Of a stretch of 64,000 bases of DNA, positions 37,177-59,730 are shown piece by piece (position 1 is the stretch's first letter; every line of letters starts with the position of its first letter). This DNA is from Psilocybe cubensis (lineage: Eukaryota). The translations under genes were made by a program, and so were the position numbers. The notes beneath the pieces are model-generated. The model was not told where the DNA came from and ran no database searches. It saw only the letters and a list, made by a program, of their open reading frames with translations. The stretch spans positions 1,860,001 through 1,924,000 of the forward strand of contig CM039003.1 in the NCBI GenBank assembly GCA_017499595.2, written 5' to 3'.

Positions 37177-37914
37177 CGAATGAGCCTGAGATCACATAAT
37201 AACGGCAACGATAAGCGAATTGAATATTGTCAGAACGTGTTTTTTGACATAGAAGTCAATAATAGTCTACTAGTATAATCTGAAATAAACTGTCGTTTGT
37301 CGAATGTGAAATTCTTTTACGTACACGATCGGCGCATCGAATGTGGGTTACATAACCTGCGCCTAATCAGGCGCTTTTGGTAGCGCTTCCAAAATCGTCT
37401 CCTCCATGATGTCCCCCACATGGTCTCGGCCCTTTGAGACGGAACAGGAGAATCAGGGAGTATCCTCCGAATACACACACCTTGGCGCAGCGCTCACCAA
37501 CAAGTCGAAAACCCGCCGAATGCCCGCATTCGTCCGTGTAAGTCCATGCTGAAAATGAGAGGTGCTGGGAATTGTGGGAGTCTAGTTCGAGATGTATGGA
37601 GATAAAGCGTGTTTACTGGCTAAGTTTTTTGGGGAAACTTTGCATGAGAGTCGTAGAACGCAAAGCACGGGCTTAAGTACATCCACTACTTTACCCCGCT
37701 GTACAAGGTCTAGGAGGTGGAGAGCCGACGGGTTTAAAATGTACGACCCCCCGCACGGCAAGGACCGAGTCAGGGAACGGAATCACATGTTCCGCCCACC
37801 CCACCGGTTATTATCAGGAGGAGAAAGAGATTCATATTCAAGGAAAGCGGGTGAATCACTTTTATACAACTACCCCATCTCCCACCTCTGAACCTATCCA
37901 TATCATCATCCAGA

Positions 37915-39795
37915 ATGGCCAGTGAGCAAGCACGTTTCGCCGAGGAAGTCGCACAAGTCGAGCAATGGTGGAAGGTATTTAGTTTTCTCAATATATTTAC
38001 ACGTTATTGAAGGATGTCTTCGTTCTTAGAGCCCCCGCTTTGCGCGAGTCACCCGCCCCTACACTGCCGCCGATGTTGTTGCAAAGAGGGGAACACTCCC
38101 AATCCAATATCCTTCCAATGTCCTAGGCAAAAAACTCTGGTCGACGCTCAGTGAGCACGCTAAGCGAGGGACACCATCGCACACCTACGGAGCGTAAGTG
38201 TGATGACCTCCGTCAATCTGCATTAGCTGAACGATTTTTCGCCAGTCTTGACCCCGTCCAGGTGACCCAGATGGCTAAATACCTTGAAACCGTCTACGTT
38301 TCCGGTTGGCAATCGTCAAGCACGGCGTCAAGCACAAACGAGCCTGGTCCTGATTTGGCTGGTAGGATGTTTCCCCGAATCCGGAGCTTGTAGTCACTGA
38401 CGCTGTACTTCAGACTATCCATCAAACACTGTGCCCAATAAGGTTGAGCACCTGTTCATGGCTCAGCTCTTCCACGACCGAAAGCAACGCGAGGCCCGAT
38501 CTCGCATGACTGAGGCAGAGCGTGCCAAGACCCCCGCCATCGACTATCTTCGACCCATCGTCGCGGACGCAGACACCGGTCACGGTGGATTGACTGCAGT
38601 CATGAAGCTGACCAAAATGTTTGTGGAGAAGGGTGCTGCTGGAATTCACGTTGAAGATCAGGCACCTGGAACCAAGAAATGCGGTCACATGGCTGGAAAA
38701 GTCCTGGTACCCATTCAAGAGCATATCAACCGACTCGTCGCTATTCGTCTCCAATATGACATCATGGGCGTAGAGAATTTGGCCATCGCCAGAACCGACT
38801 CTGAAGCCGCCACTCTCATCACCTCTAACATCGATGCTCGAGACCACCCCTTCATTCTGGGTTCTACAAACCCTTCCTTGCGACCATTGAACACCGTCAT
38901 GGTCGAGGCAGAGGCGCAAGGCAAGAACGGGGACCAACTCCAGGCGATCGAAGATCAATGGATTGCCGCTGCCAACCTGCAACTTTTCTCGACCACTCTC
39001 GCCAACGCCCTCAGCAAACAGGGAGAAAGCAAAAGCAAAGTAGACAAATTTGTTTCCCGCGTCGCCAATGTCTCGTACCCAGATGCTGTCGCCATTGCCC
39101 AGAAAGAATTCGGTCTGAAGTCCGTGCCATTCTGGGATTGGGATAGCCCAAGAACTCGCGAAGGTTACTACCGCTACCAAGGTGGAACTCAGTGCGCTGT
39201 TCATCGTGCTATCGCTTTTGCTCCCTACGCCGACCTGCTGTGGATGGAGACCAAGAAACCTATCTTAGCGCAAGCGCGCGAATTCGCCCACGGTGTCCAT
39301 GCTGCCCGCCCCGGTCACTGGCTGGCGTACAATCTAAGCCCTTCATTCAACTGGGAAGCCGCTGGCCTCACAGATAATGACATGAAGGACTACGTTTGGG
39401 AGTTGGGAAAACTCGGCTTTGTCTGGCAATTTATTACAGTGCGCCGAATTTTTCGTTCATAATTTCCTGTATCTGACATGTTGTTTTTAGCTTGGTGGAC
39501 TCCACTCCAACGCCTACATCTCGGATATCTTCGCTCAAAATTTCGCCAAGACTGGTATGAAGGCATATGTAGAACTTGTACAAAGAAGAGAGCGAGAGAT
39601 TGGTTGTGATGTTCTTACCCACCAGAAGGTATGCAGAGTGAATGTGCCGCGGTTGAGGAGTACGCTGACATTTGTATATAGTGGAGTGGCGCTGACTACG
39701 CCGACAACTTGATCAAGACTGTCACAGGGGGTGTTTCTTCGACTTCTGCGATGGGCGCTGGGGTAACAGAAGCTCAGTTCACTGCCAAACTGTAA
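37915..39795 (+). CDS. ICL1: Isocitrate lyase (peroxisomal, C-terminal AKL PTS1)
   Basis: Motifs [36 protein letters not shown] (ICL signature), [19 protein letters not shown] and THQKWSGA. Ends TAKL*. Confidence 0.96.
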
Positions 39796-40114
39796 AGCAG
39801 CATTACATTAATCAGTTAGATCCATTTGTAAAAGTATTCATTTCGCACGTACTACATACTATCAAGCATTGCAATTTATTCTGGAATCAAAAGAATTGAT
39901 GTACTTTGATAAAAACTGGCCTTGGTGTAAACCACACTAAAATCGATGTTTCCATTTTTCGTCTTTTGAGTAGAGCGTTGTCGTCAAACGAGTTTACCTG
40001 TGCTGCGGCAGTTGGCATTTGGAAAAACGTGACGATCGGTCTTTGCCGATCATACACCTTGGTTTCAATTGCAAGAATCCAAGCTACTTCGTACATCGGA
40101 TACCCCATCTTGTA

Positions 40115-41385
40115 ATGGACGCTACAGATCGCATTAAAGCTGCTTCACAGTTTCTTCTTCAGTCACCACCTGGTGAAATCAATGATGTGTTGAATGGTGC
40201 TGTTCAGTCTCTTCAACCTTTACATGAAACTGGTATATTGATTATGAATGCAACCTCAGATATCCGTTACATTATATCGGACGACGATCTACTGCAGGAA
40301 GGAATACAACCTGCGCTAAGGGAATACAATATTGAACAATTCACTGTTGTTGATGTCCCCGAAACGAACCACCAAGTGTGTCTACATGAGAATCTCAGAG
40401 CGCGTCCATTGACACGCTGATTACCAGTCAATCATCAGCGAAGCCGCTCGTGTTGGACCTTCAGAATCCGATGGCGAGGAAAGGTTTTTGGACCCACGGT
40501 CTAAAACTGTCATTTGTTTTTGATCATTTGAGTCTTGTGAGTACAGATGATATCGTGGTTTCTCTACCTTACATTTATTCTCCTGACCTAGGAAGCCTCT
40601 GATCCTCGACCTATCGAAGTAGTTGAAGAACACGAACCGATTCGGTAGGTCATCCATGTTAATTTATGCTGTCTTACTTACTTGTCATCACCATAGTGCT
40701 GCCCTTGAAGCAGCTTCCTTGAACTATTTGAAGGCACACTTCACCGAAGGTGTAACGTCCGTGTTTGCGCCCAGGGAAGGGTCCGACCATTTCGTACTCC
40801 AGATCGTTGCAAATAAATACAACCCCAGCAATTTTTGGTTAGTGTTACCAATAGGAATGCTCGGTTGTACCCCTAACTCAGAGGCAGGTCTGGAAGATGG
40901 CGGTCAGAGTACACAATTGACCTAACATCAAAGCAAGTGTCTGGACGAATCTTAATCAACATCCATTATTACGAACAAGGAAACGTGAGTAGTTTGGTGG
41001 CCGTCGGTGCAATATCTAATACCTCCTTCAGGTGCAACTTGCTACTACTCATACCGTTACCTTCGAGCTCCCCCCTGCAGCTATTTCGGCCACTCCGAGT
41101 ACTACTGCATCGAAAATCCTGGCACTAATTGAAGTTGAAGAAGGAAAGTATCAAATGTCATTGGGCGAGACATATCAAGAAATGGGTGAAAAAACGTTCA
41201 AGGGTCTGAGGCGCGCATTGCCTCTTACACGTCAAAAAATAGACTGGGACAAGGTGAAGTCAAATTTGAGTGATATAACCTCCATTTGTTGACTTATATC
41301 ATACATCCAGGTCATGGGATACAAACTCGGAGCAGAGCTGTCAGGAAATAAGAACGCTCTTCCTAGTGGTCAGGCTGATGAGTGA
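40115..41385 (+). CDS. CAP1: F-actin capping protein alpha subunit
   Basis: Motifs FLLQSPPGEINDV, NKYNPSNFW(SGRWRS), HYYEQGNVQL and FKGLRRALPLTRQKIDWDK. Confidence 0.93.
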
Positions 41386-41611
41386 ACAGTCAACGTGAGC
41401 TAGGTAATACTTTGTACATTTTGTAGGTTATTGCAGTACATAAAAAAGATTAAAATCTATATATTTTCCACTGCTTTACTTGACTGAAAGTGATTAGATA
41501 TAAACGGCAAAGTTATACAGGGTCCGTGCACACACCATAACGGATCTGAATTTGTGCTTACATCATCTTACCAATTCTTTCCTCGACCACTCATCACGAC
41601 CAACTGACAGG

Positions 41612-50487
<8,876 letters not shown>

Positions 50488-50732
50488 TTGCTTCCCGATT
50501 GTCTTCTGTTGTAGCACTATACTTGCATCTTACTTTTTATTTCATTGTGTACTTTTTACAACCGTAATGCTTTTTTTTAGTGAACATTCATTCCTTGGTC
50601 TCCAAGAGTATGCATACAACATAAAGAATTGAAGTGAAGTGAGTAAAACTAAAAGCTGACCATAGAGATGAGTAGGAAGGTATATAATACACATACTAGT
50701 CAACAAAATGCCAGTGAGAAAATGGTAAACAT

Positions 50733-53700
50733 TCATCTTCCCAATGAAATCATAGAACCTGGTCGAGAAAGAGATATCTGACATGATTCTATCGGCGACG
50801 GAAGCCTCTCCTGGAAAGGAGGTTGTTCTGGTGATATCTCCTCTCTCGGGCTTTCCCAATCTGCATCAATAGCTTCCTGTGAAAGACGACTACGAGTTGA
50901 TATAATGGATCCCGGACGTGACAGTGAAAGGTGTCGAGGTGCATCTGTCGATGGTAGGTCATTTTGAATCTCCCCAGCTGAGGGAACAGATATCTTGAAA
51001 GACTCCATCTCAGTCTCTAGTAATTGCTTGGACCCCCGTCGTGGTGGTGGAGAAAGTGAAGTAACCTCAGCTATTTCTTCGTCTTCGACGGGAAGAGAAA
51101 GAAGAGCCTGAGGGATGAAAGGTGGTATCGTAGGGGTATGCATTTGAAGGAAACTAGGATCATTTTGAAACATTGTGATTTTCTCTCCAATGGGCGTAGG
51201 AGGGGGCGAGGTTGATACAATTGGCGATCCGGCAGAAATAGAAACGCTTGGGGGTCGTGTAAACTGTGCGCGAGCTGCTTGTTGTTGGTTTCCAGATCCA
51301 GATGGAGCACTGATTTTTCGTAGGCGTTCCTTAATAGATGTGGCACGTTTAGTCGTTACAATAGCTTGTGGTGTGTTATGTGATGAAGGTGGAATAGGTG
51401 GCGTTGGAGGTAATGGTCCGTTGGGAGGAGGGAATGGGTTAATAAGTTTAGCTGGGGGTATAGGTGATGCGGGAATGGTCTCTAGTTGTGGACTGTGCGT
51501 ATGGATAACATTAATGCTGCTGCCGCCACTTGAAGAGCGTCGGCGCGATTGGAACTCGGGTTCATCAGGACGTGGAGGAAGGGTGGTAGATGGTGGGGGT
51601 TTAGGGGCTGCTATTGTCGATAATCTGAACCCACGATGGGCTACAGAGTTGCGGAAAGATGATTTGGAGGATATCGCTACATTTTCCAATGGCTTCAATA
51701 TATCTTGTGAGGGTTCAACGGGAATAGGAGCTGGAGGAAGAGCAGATGTGGGTGCAGGGCGGGGTGGGGGCATAGATGCCCTGTGAGACGCTCCACGAGC
51801 AGTGATGGTACCCAAATTAAAATTGGAATTAGCAGTCGTCGAGCTGGGAGTAGAATGGGATGTCTTGTAAGAGACGAAACTGCGTACAGACGAACCCGAC
51901 GCTCTCTTGTTGAACGTTGGTAAATTAGAGACAACACTCTTATCGCTGCTTTGAGCCGAACTCGGTGTATTCGCTCGTTCAGATGTGGATGAGGGCGTAA
52001 CGGATGGAATAGACACAATGGGAATGGCTGGAGGAGGGTCACTTGGAGGAGTCAGTCGAGTTGGAAGGACGCCTTGTCGTGACCACCGTCGTGCACTTCT
52101 TGCACCAGAACTTCGCTTTGTGCTCAAACTTGATTGTTCCATGCTCATCGCATTATCTGCTGATGCATAAGTCGAAACTGATTGAAGGGATGGGGCCCGT
52201 GGGCGTTGTTCAGGGGTACCGATTTGGAAGGCTGACAAATGACCTGGACTCGATGGAGGCTCAGTTTCGGCTCGTTCAGTAGACATTACAGATTGTGTGA
52301 GGCTCGTCCGGCGAGATCTATCGTTTCCAATAGCTTCGGCCGTGGCATCCTGGTTGGCAATAGAAGAAGTCGTTGATGTCCAACGTTTTCGTGGAGGAGG
52401 CTGCAATGACATTGCACCTACAGAGAAACCCCTGGTGGTCCTGTTTACAGGTACAGATGACGACGGGTTTGGTTCAACACTAGCCCACTGAATAGGTGGA
52501 TGTTCTGAGAGAATTTTCCTATCAATTCGACGGTCGAGTGGGCTAACTGGACCAGAGAACGGTAAACGCGTTATGGGCGTGCTTATGGTAGTGTTGATGG
52601 ATTGTGTATCTGGAGTATTTGAACGGAGCATATTTAGAAGATTACTCCCCATGCTCGTAAACGATTCCTCGTAGCCCTCTCTTTCAGCTTGTCGTTCGGA
52701 TTCGATGGATGCTGCCCTAGATGTAGACCGCGGGCGCGAATTCGAGAAAAGACCCTTTAATGTTGATACAGCACCGGTAGTAGGTGTTTTGGGGACAGTT
52801 GTTTGTGAGCGCAGGGAGTGAGATGAAATCGAGGACGCATATGTCCCTTTTGACTCAGTGAAGGAGGTATTTATAGGGGTAATCGGCGGTGGTGATCTTG
52901 TGTTGGGATTGGGTGATGTAATTAAATTTTGAGCCCGTATAGTAAGCATAACATCCATATCCCCTCGAGGTTCATTGTGGCCCAATGTATGTGCTGGTAT
53001 TAATCCAGCTCTGACGGTACTATGACATTGTCAACATATAGATATTGCAGTAAGAGGGAAACCGTTCTTACCGTTGCCCAAGAATAGCGTTCTTGATGTC
53101 AGTAATCCATTTCTGTGCCTCAACTTGGTCAGGAATCTGCAACAACCACATAGTATGACCTCCTTCTTCATGGGTATATTCTTTCTTCATCGCACCAACG
53201 TCTGCACCTCCGACCTTGATGACATGTCTTTTGCCCCCGACTTCTTCCTCGGAAACAAAAACGACACTATCCTCATTGATCTCCAACCTTTCCAACTCCT
53301 TCTCTTCTAGACCTGAAGTCTTGAATAGGTGCAAGTAGGAAACCGCAGGGCCTTGTCCTCGTGTTACTAGTGTAGCGGGTGTTGACAAAATCAAATAACG
53401 GCTCTTCCAGTTCTTAGAAAGGGCAAATATGCGCAACGAAGAAGGTGGGTAATATTTTGGGAACACCCCATTACATTGCTTGAAGGACATAAGGGCGGAT
53501 ACCGTTGATGGGTATGGGGGTATCGGTGCTATAGTCATAGAATTCGATCGAGCGTGGGCCACTGAACCTGAGCGATACCTTCCTCCTTGTGGAGATTGCT
53601 GAGAAATGAGACCCACTGACAAACTGGATCCTTCTGGAGACCGCGCTTCGATATTTTGAACAGACTCAGATTTACTCGGATATCCTAGTCGCAATTCTGA

Positions 53701-54400
53701 TGCAGGAGGTTGTCCGTCGTCATCTTCATCCGTAGTACTATCTTCACGCGACTGACTGTCTGGTGATACCAAAAATGGACCCAGTCCAATAGCTTGTGCA
53801 GCCATCTGTCGTAGATGGTTGCGCTCTTCATCCTCCTCGTCTCTACGTGCACTAATTTCGATTACGTCCGGAAGAATTATGGGACTGGAGGGTTGGCGAA
53901 CAGATTGAGGTCTTCGCCGCCCAAATTTAAAGCCCAGTGCGTCTGAAGCAGCCACCAGTAGACTTCCTCGAAATTTGCTGCGTCCGTTAAGGGTACCATC
54001 CGCAGTGGAAGGCCTTGTCTTTCCGTGAGATGAATAAGGAGACGTTCCGCTGTACGCAGAGACATAGGTTTCTCTGCCTAGAGGTTCCATTCAGCGACCA
54101 GTCATAATTGACTCTAGCAACTAAAGTGGATTTTAGCTCGTACCAAAGTTAGACACAGTGTCTGTATGCCCCCCTCGAATAGGCTCTTTGCCTTTATCAG
54201 TTGGCTTTGGATGGGGAGGAGTCCTGGCCCCGATAGAACGTTCTGCATTCTTGGCAGTCTTCATGCCTCGTTGACCGTCCTGGGTGGCACCACGACGGAG
54301 TGGGAAAAGATCCAGAGCCGGTGAAGGCGTTCCGGGTAAAGTGGGTGAGGTTGGGGAGCCAGGGGCGGAGGTGCGAGTGATGAGCTGTAGAGGCAGAGAG
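50733..54400 (-). CDS. PH-domain protein with long Ser/Pro-rich disordered tail
   Basis: ORFs 53068-54090 (SKNWKSRYLIL...LHLFK...ELERLEI...QKWITDIKNAIL, PH-like) and 50733-52985 are joined by an intron at ~53018-53071. 5' exons uncertain. Confidence 0.7.
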
Positions 54401-55262
54401 TCAGAGAAACATTTATGATGAAATAGAGACCATCATATTCTGATAGGTTATCCTATGCCACCATGGATTCGAATGTGATCCAGCCGTCGCGGACTAACTA
54501 TAACTGTTCTTTAAATAAGAAACTCACCACTGTTGTCCCATTGGACAGCAACTCTCCAGAAGACATTGACCTCACAGTAATAGAGCTAGATTAAACAACG
54601 CCGTTATTCCTAAAATGAACAAGTATTCATTTCTACAAAAAAAAGTCGAGCAGATCCTTTGAGCCCCGAATGTGACATATCATTGGCGTGCCTCAATCAT
54701 TACTTCATTCTCGCTTGACAAACTAAAATTCTTGTTAATTCTCCCTTAAATACTTCCTTTGCAAATTTTGTTCCTTAGACTTGGCCCAGGGCCACTCTAG
54801 GGCCCCTATAGCGCCTACTTCCATGTCGTTTCCCGTCATTTCTGTCCAAAGCCTCTTTGTCCTATATCCGTGTTTCGTGTGCATTGAAGCTGTTGCGGCG
54901 TCTAGACAACTTGGCGACAGATCACGCATTTGACTCTCGACTTGAAGGGTTAAAATCACTGCCCAACGCGCCAAACCCCTCAGACAACAGAAAATCCCGA
55001 GGGAACGTACACGGCGGGACCTTCGCCACTGTTTTTTTGGCGTCGATCGGAGTTACAAATAAATACGTTTAGATTTACAAAATAAAACCAAATTTAATAC
55101 TGAAAATTAGCATCCGTCGGCGATGTGTTTAGCCGCGTTAAAAATCACAAAATAACCAGTGCGTCAATGAGTCTCTGTTTTATAGCTTCAAATCCACTTC
55201 CTTACCACAGTCGTGTTCTGATTCTTTTTTTTTGTGGCAGCTAATTTGACGGCAGCCTAATA

Positions 55263-58200
55263 ATGGTCTTCGGCATTGACCCTGCTGGTTAGTGACATCA
55301 CTCTCGGTCCACCTTACTACTCGGCTGAATTAAGAATAGTCGTTCAACGACAAGTTGTACACGGTCAAACACTCTATTATTGCCGGGTCTGTCAAGATAC
55401 AAAAGGTCGCCAAAAACACCACCTCAATGAGCACTTCAACACCACAAAACACCAAACAGCTCTGCAGGCATTTCATACCAAAGAGAAATCCTCTGCTTCT
55501 TCACAAACCTCGTTGCCACCGGTTAACAAGTCCCTTTTGTTAGAGGACGCCTTACGTGCAATTCTTGTGTCTGCATCTCGTCAACCACACCAGCCTTTGT
55601 ATCCTGCCAATGACCCTCGCCTTTCTAGGGTCTCGGCTGCACCTTCTTCAACCACTTTGTCGACGGTCTCTCCACTCACCAGGATTGACTGGAATCTATT
55701 CAACGATGATGAAATTATGTCGGATCCATCTCCCATCGACTTTGCGTCTGCCCAAATATGTCAAGCTACTCTGGATTTTCTAAATTCTAATAACGAGAGT
55801 GATGGATCTGATGATGGTGGTGGCAGTCCTCCGCTTTCTGAGAGTAGCAATGAGCAAGCCAATTCAGGTGTGTAACGTCTAAATAGCGCATATTGTTTGA
55901 GTCCTTAACTTTTAATCAGACACTGAACAAGTTGATAATGAATCTTTGCCCCGAAAACGTATGCGCGGTATTCACACCGACCCGGCTGAAGCTCGAAAAT
56001 GGTATCTGTGGATTGATAAAATTGTGAGTCTTTGCCTGCCATCGGTTAGATTTTCTGCTCAATCAATAAATCAGACTTGTTCTCTTGATGTTTTGATGCA
56101 CCTTCCACGATCACTATTTTCACGTCGTCAGCTGGATTTATTTCTCTGGCTACTGCGTATCAATGGCGTCAACGATGTGCCTAGCGTTAAGGCTATGCAA
56201 GGCATTAACAAGGCATTGCAGAATTTGTGTGGAATTGAGACGAAGGAGTACAAGGGCAAGCTGGGCAATGTATACTTTGTAAATTCTCTGTCTCAAATTC
56301 TTGCCCAGGTATGAATCTATATGTTACAAATGAATACTTTTGATTTCTAACCAATCTGAATAGGAAATGTCTAATCCTCAAGTCCGACCGTTCCTTTACT
56401 TCTATCCTGAAGATACGGGCAAATCGATTAGCGAAACCTATCAAGCTTCGGGTTGGCTGCGTGAAATCAATCCTGAGGATGGTACTCCAATGATACGGCT
56501 CAATAATAATGATTTTTTCATCTTTGAACCAACTATGCTGATTGATGGACGTTGCTGCATTCCTATTCAATGGTTTCTCCGAGAAGGTGTATTTTATGCC
56601 AAAGCCTGGCTTATGGAAGATACTCCTAGTGGTTGGGTTGTGTCCGAAGATCGCGAAATCAAAATCACGCAAAGCCAATTGCTAAAGAATTTTATTCAGT
56701 TGTCAAAGGATCACTTGTTGTATAACTTGTCACACCCTTCACGAATATTTGGTATGGACTATATTTTATATATTTTATTCAATTTCTTATAAGTAAACAG
56801 GTGTGCGATCCATTCGGGGCCTGGGCTGTCGAAATGGACACGTACAGATCCTACTATTGGCAATCGTTGGCGTGTATTAGCAAAGGGATACCGAGTCTAT
56901 TCTCTGCCGCTATGGATGTACTGTGACGATACGTCGGGAAACCAGTCCAAGAAGTGGAATAAGCACAACAGCTACCTATTTATTCTAGCTGGTCTTCCTC
57001 GCAAAAAGAGTTCACAAGAATACAATATCCATTTTCTATGCACTTCAGATATTGCGCCACCTCTAGAAATGCTTGATGGTGTGGTTGATCAACTTCAGTA
57101 AGTTGTCACTATCTTATATTTGCTGCACATATTCTAATCATTTTAACTTTAGATTGGCTCAAAAACATGGTATTTGGGTATGGGACTGTATACACAAAGA
57201 GGCCGTTATGATTTTTCCACCTGTATTTGCACTTCTGGGTGACAACCCTATGCATAGCGAGTTTGCTTGTCATATTGGAATGCAAGGGAAATATTTTTGC
57301 CAGATTTGCTGGGCCAAAGGAGTTGACAGTCAAGAATGCCCACACAAAAATCTTCCACATGACAGTTGTGCTCGACCCAACTTTCCTACCCTTTCAATCC
57401 ATAGTGATGTTGATTCTGAAGATACCTTCACACGGCCTTCTCACAAACGGCGGAGGTACAAGGAGTCTATGGAGTCAATGCTTCGAAGGGTTAGTGATTT
57501 TATAAAGGTGCGTAAAAGTTGTTTTATAACAATTTATATTTTAATCACCTTTGATTCTAAGATTGGCAAACCGCGTCGCAAGAAAGAGACTATGGCTACT
57601 CTTGACTCTTTTTTGGAGCAAGCTAAGATGATTGGCACAAAATCAAAACTTAGAGCTGCAAAAACGGAAACTGGCATCAAGGATGTTTTCCAGGACTTCT
57701 TTATTGAAAAGCTTTTCAAATCTTATAAGGGAAAAGTTTCTACTCAGGCAAAGGAAAAAGCTCTTAAAGCGGCTGTCGATAAGCTTCCTGGAGACATCAA
57801 AAGTCCCGTATGGAAACTTGGTGCGATTGAAATATTTTGCTTTAATTTACTAGCTAAATCTATATTCCAGGCTTGGATCCTCATCAGGACACTCCCGTCA
57901 AAATTCTGCATGTTGTATTGCTGGGTTTCGTTAAATATTTTTGGAGAGACCTAGTTCAAAATCAGGTTACTCCTGCTAAAAAGCAAACTTTGATTATTCG
58001 TTTAAACAGCCTCAGTGTGGCAGGTCTAGGTATACCCACATTAAATGGCTCCACACTAGTGAACTATGCCGGGTCACTAACTGGTCGCGATTTCCGAATT
58101 ATTGCTCAAGTAGCGCCATTTGTCATCTACAACATGGTTTCTCAGGAGGTTTATGATGCATGGGTGTCCCTATCTACGTTAGTTCCAGTTATTTGGCAGC

Positions 58201-59677
58201 CAGCAATCTCTAACATTGATGAGTACCTGGTGCGTCTTCATTGTGTCTTTCTTTAAATTGTTTTATTAAATTAAATCATGTTTTAGCCCAGATTAGAGGC
58301 CGACATCAAATACTTTTTGTTGAAAACGGCAACATGGACCTGCGCGTGGTTTAACAAAACCAAATTTCACATTATTCTTCATCTTCCAGAACATGTCCGT
58401 CGGTTTGGGCCAGCAATATTGTTTGCCACGGAATCGTTTGAGTCATTCAATGCTATTATCCGTGCAAAAAGCATTCACAGTAATCACCAAGCACCTTCAC
58501 ATGATATTGCCCGTGGCTTTGCGCAAGGCAATCGGATTCGCCATCTTCTTAGTGGTGGTTTTTTTCTTCCACAAGAGCTTTATCAGTCTTGGAAAAAGGA
58601 TCCAACAAATGTGGCTAATTCAGAGTGGCGCACTGCTGGACCTGGAGGTCTTCACCTTATTGATGCTCCAGACTCAACACCAGCTAGCTATTTGGGACTG
58701 CAGAAACCTGCTGCCAGTAAGGCTGGTAAGTTATATTTACAAATCTATACTACTAGTGAGCGGTCTAATGCAATGGCCTAGGTTCATGCAAATCTAATGG
58801 CACAGATCCTCAACCATTTCATCGCACATTATGTGGCCAAAAGCTTCCCAACATTGTGCTCAATACTGCAGCCAGCCAACAACTGTATGTAACCAATTCC
58901 CAGGTCTATCTGAGAAACGAGGATCTATGCACCATAGGACAGTTTGTCATTGCCCAAATTCATCCATCCCAGCCGCCTCTGATAGGGTGTGTTCGAGAGA
59001 TCTTGCAGCAGGTTGGCTCTCCAAACCATCTTCAAAACCGGCCCGATGGTATTCTTATTCAAACAGCTTTACACCAACCGCCGTCGCACATATTGCCTGC
59101 TGGACAACTGCAGCCAGTTTTTATGCTCCGTCTGATTCTTCAGCAGGAATGGTCCTTCATTCCGTGGAGTTGCCTTCTTTGCACCGTAAATACTCAACAT
59201 GACTGTCAACGTCATGGATGCCAGGCAAATGGGCTACAATACATCTATCAAGAGCAAATACAAACTGATCAGACTAAGGCAACAATACTGCATCAAAACT
59301 CATTGGATGATATGCTCCTCCTCAATATGTGTCAAATGCGCGATGCTGCTCATCTCCAAAGTTTTCACCTCCACTCTGCCCCGTTAAACGAAGATGCTAT
59401 AATTCAAAGAAGTGTGGCTCAAGCCATTGTTCAACGGAAGGTAGGAGAAGCCTCCCAATCAAGTACTTCCAAACCAACCAAAACACCAACAGCCGCCTTG
59501 AGACAACATGCCCAGAGCCCCTTGGGCACCCCTACTCTAGCAGCCACACCTTCTGGGGGTGTCAGTTTGCCTCAACATGCTTCAGCAGGAACATCTTCTG
59601 GAGGTGTTAGTTCACCTCGACGTAGCAGGCAAGCATCTGTGGTATATCCAGGTCAAATAACATTGGACTTTCGATAG
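55263..59677 (+). CDS. Transposase, copy 2
   Basis: ORF translations identical to 14392-18806. Confidence 0.85.
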
Positions 59678-59730
59678 AAGTAAAACCATACTGTATTTAT
59701 TTACTAGAATTCTACAAGAAGAATAGCAGA

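Noticed and set aside
38422-39204. 260-aa antisense ORF
   Set aside because: Codon-bias mirror of ICL1.
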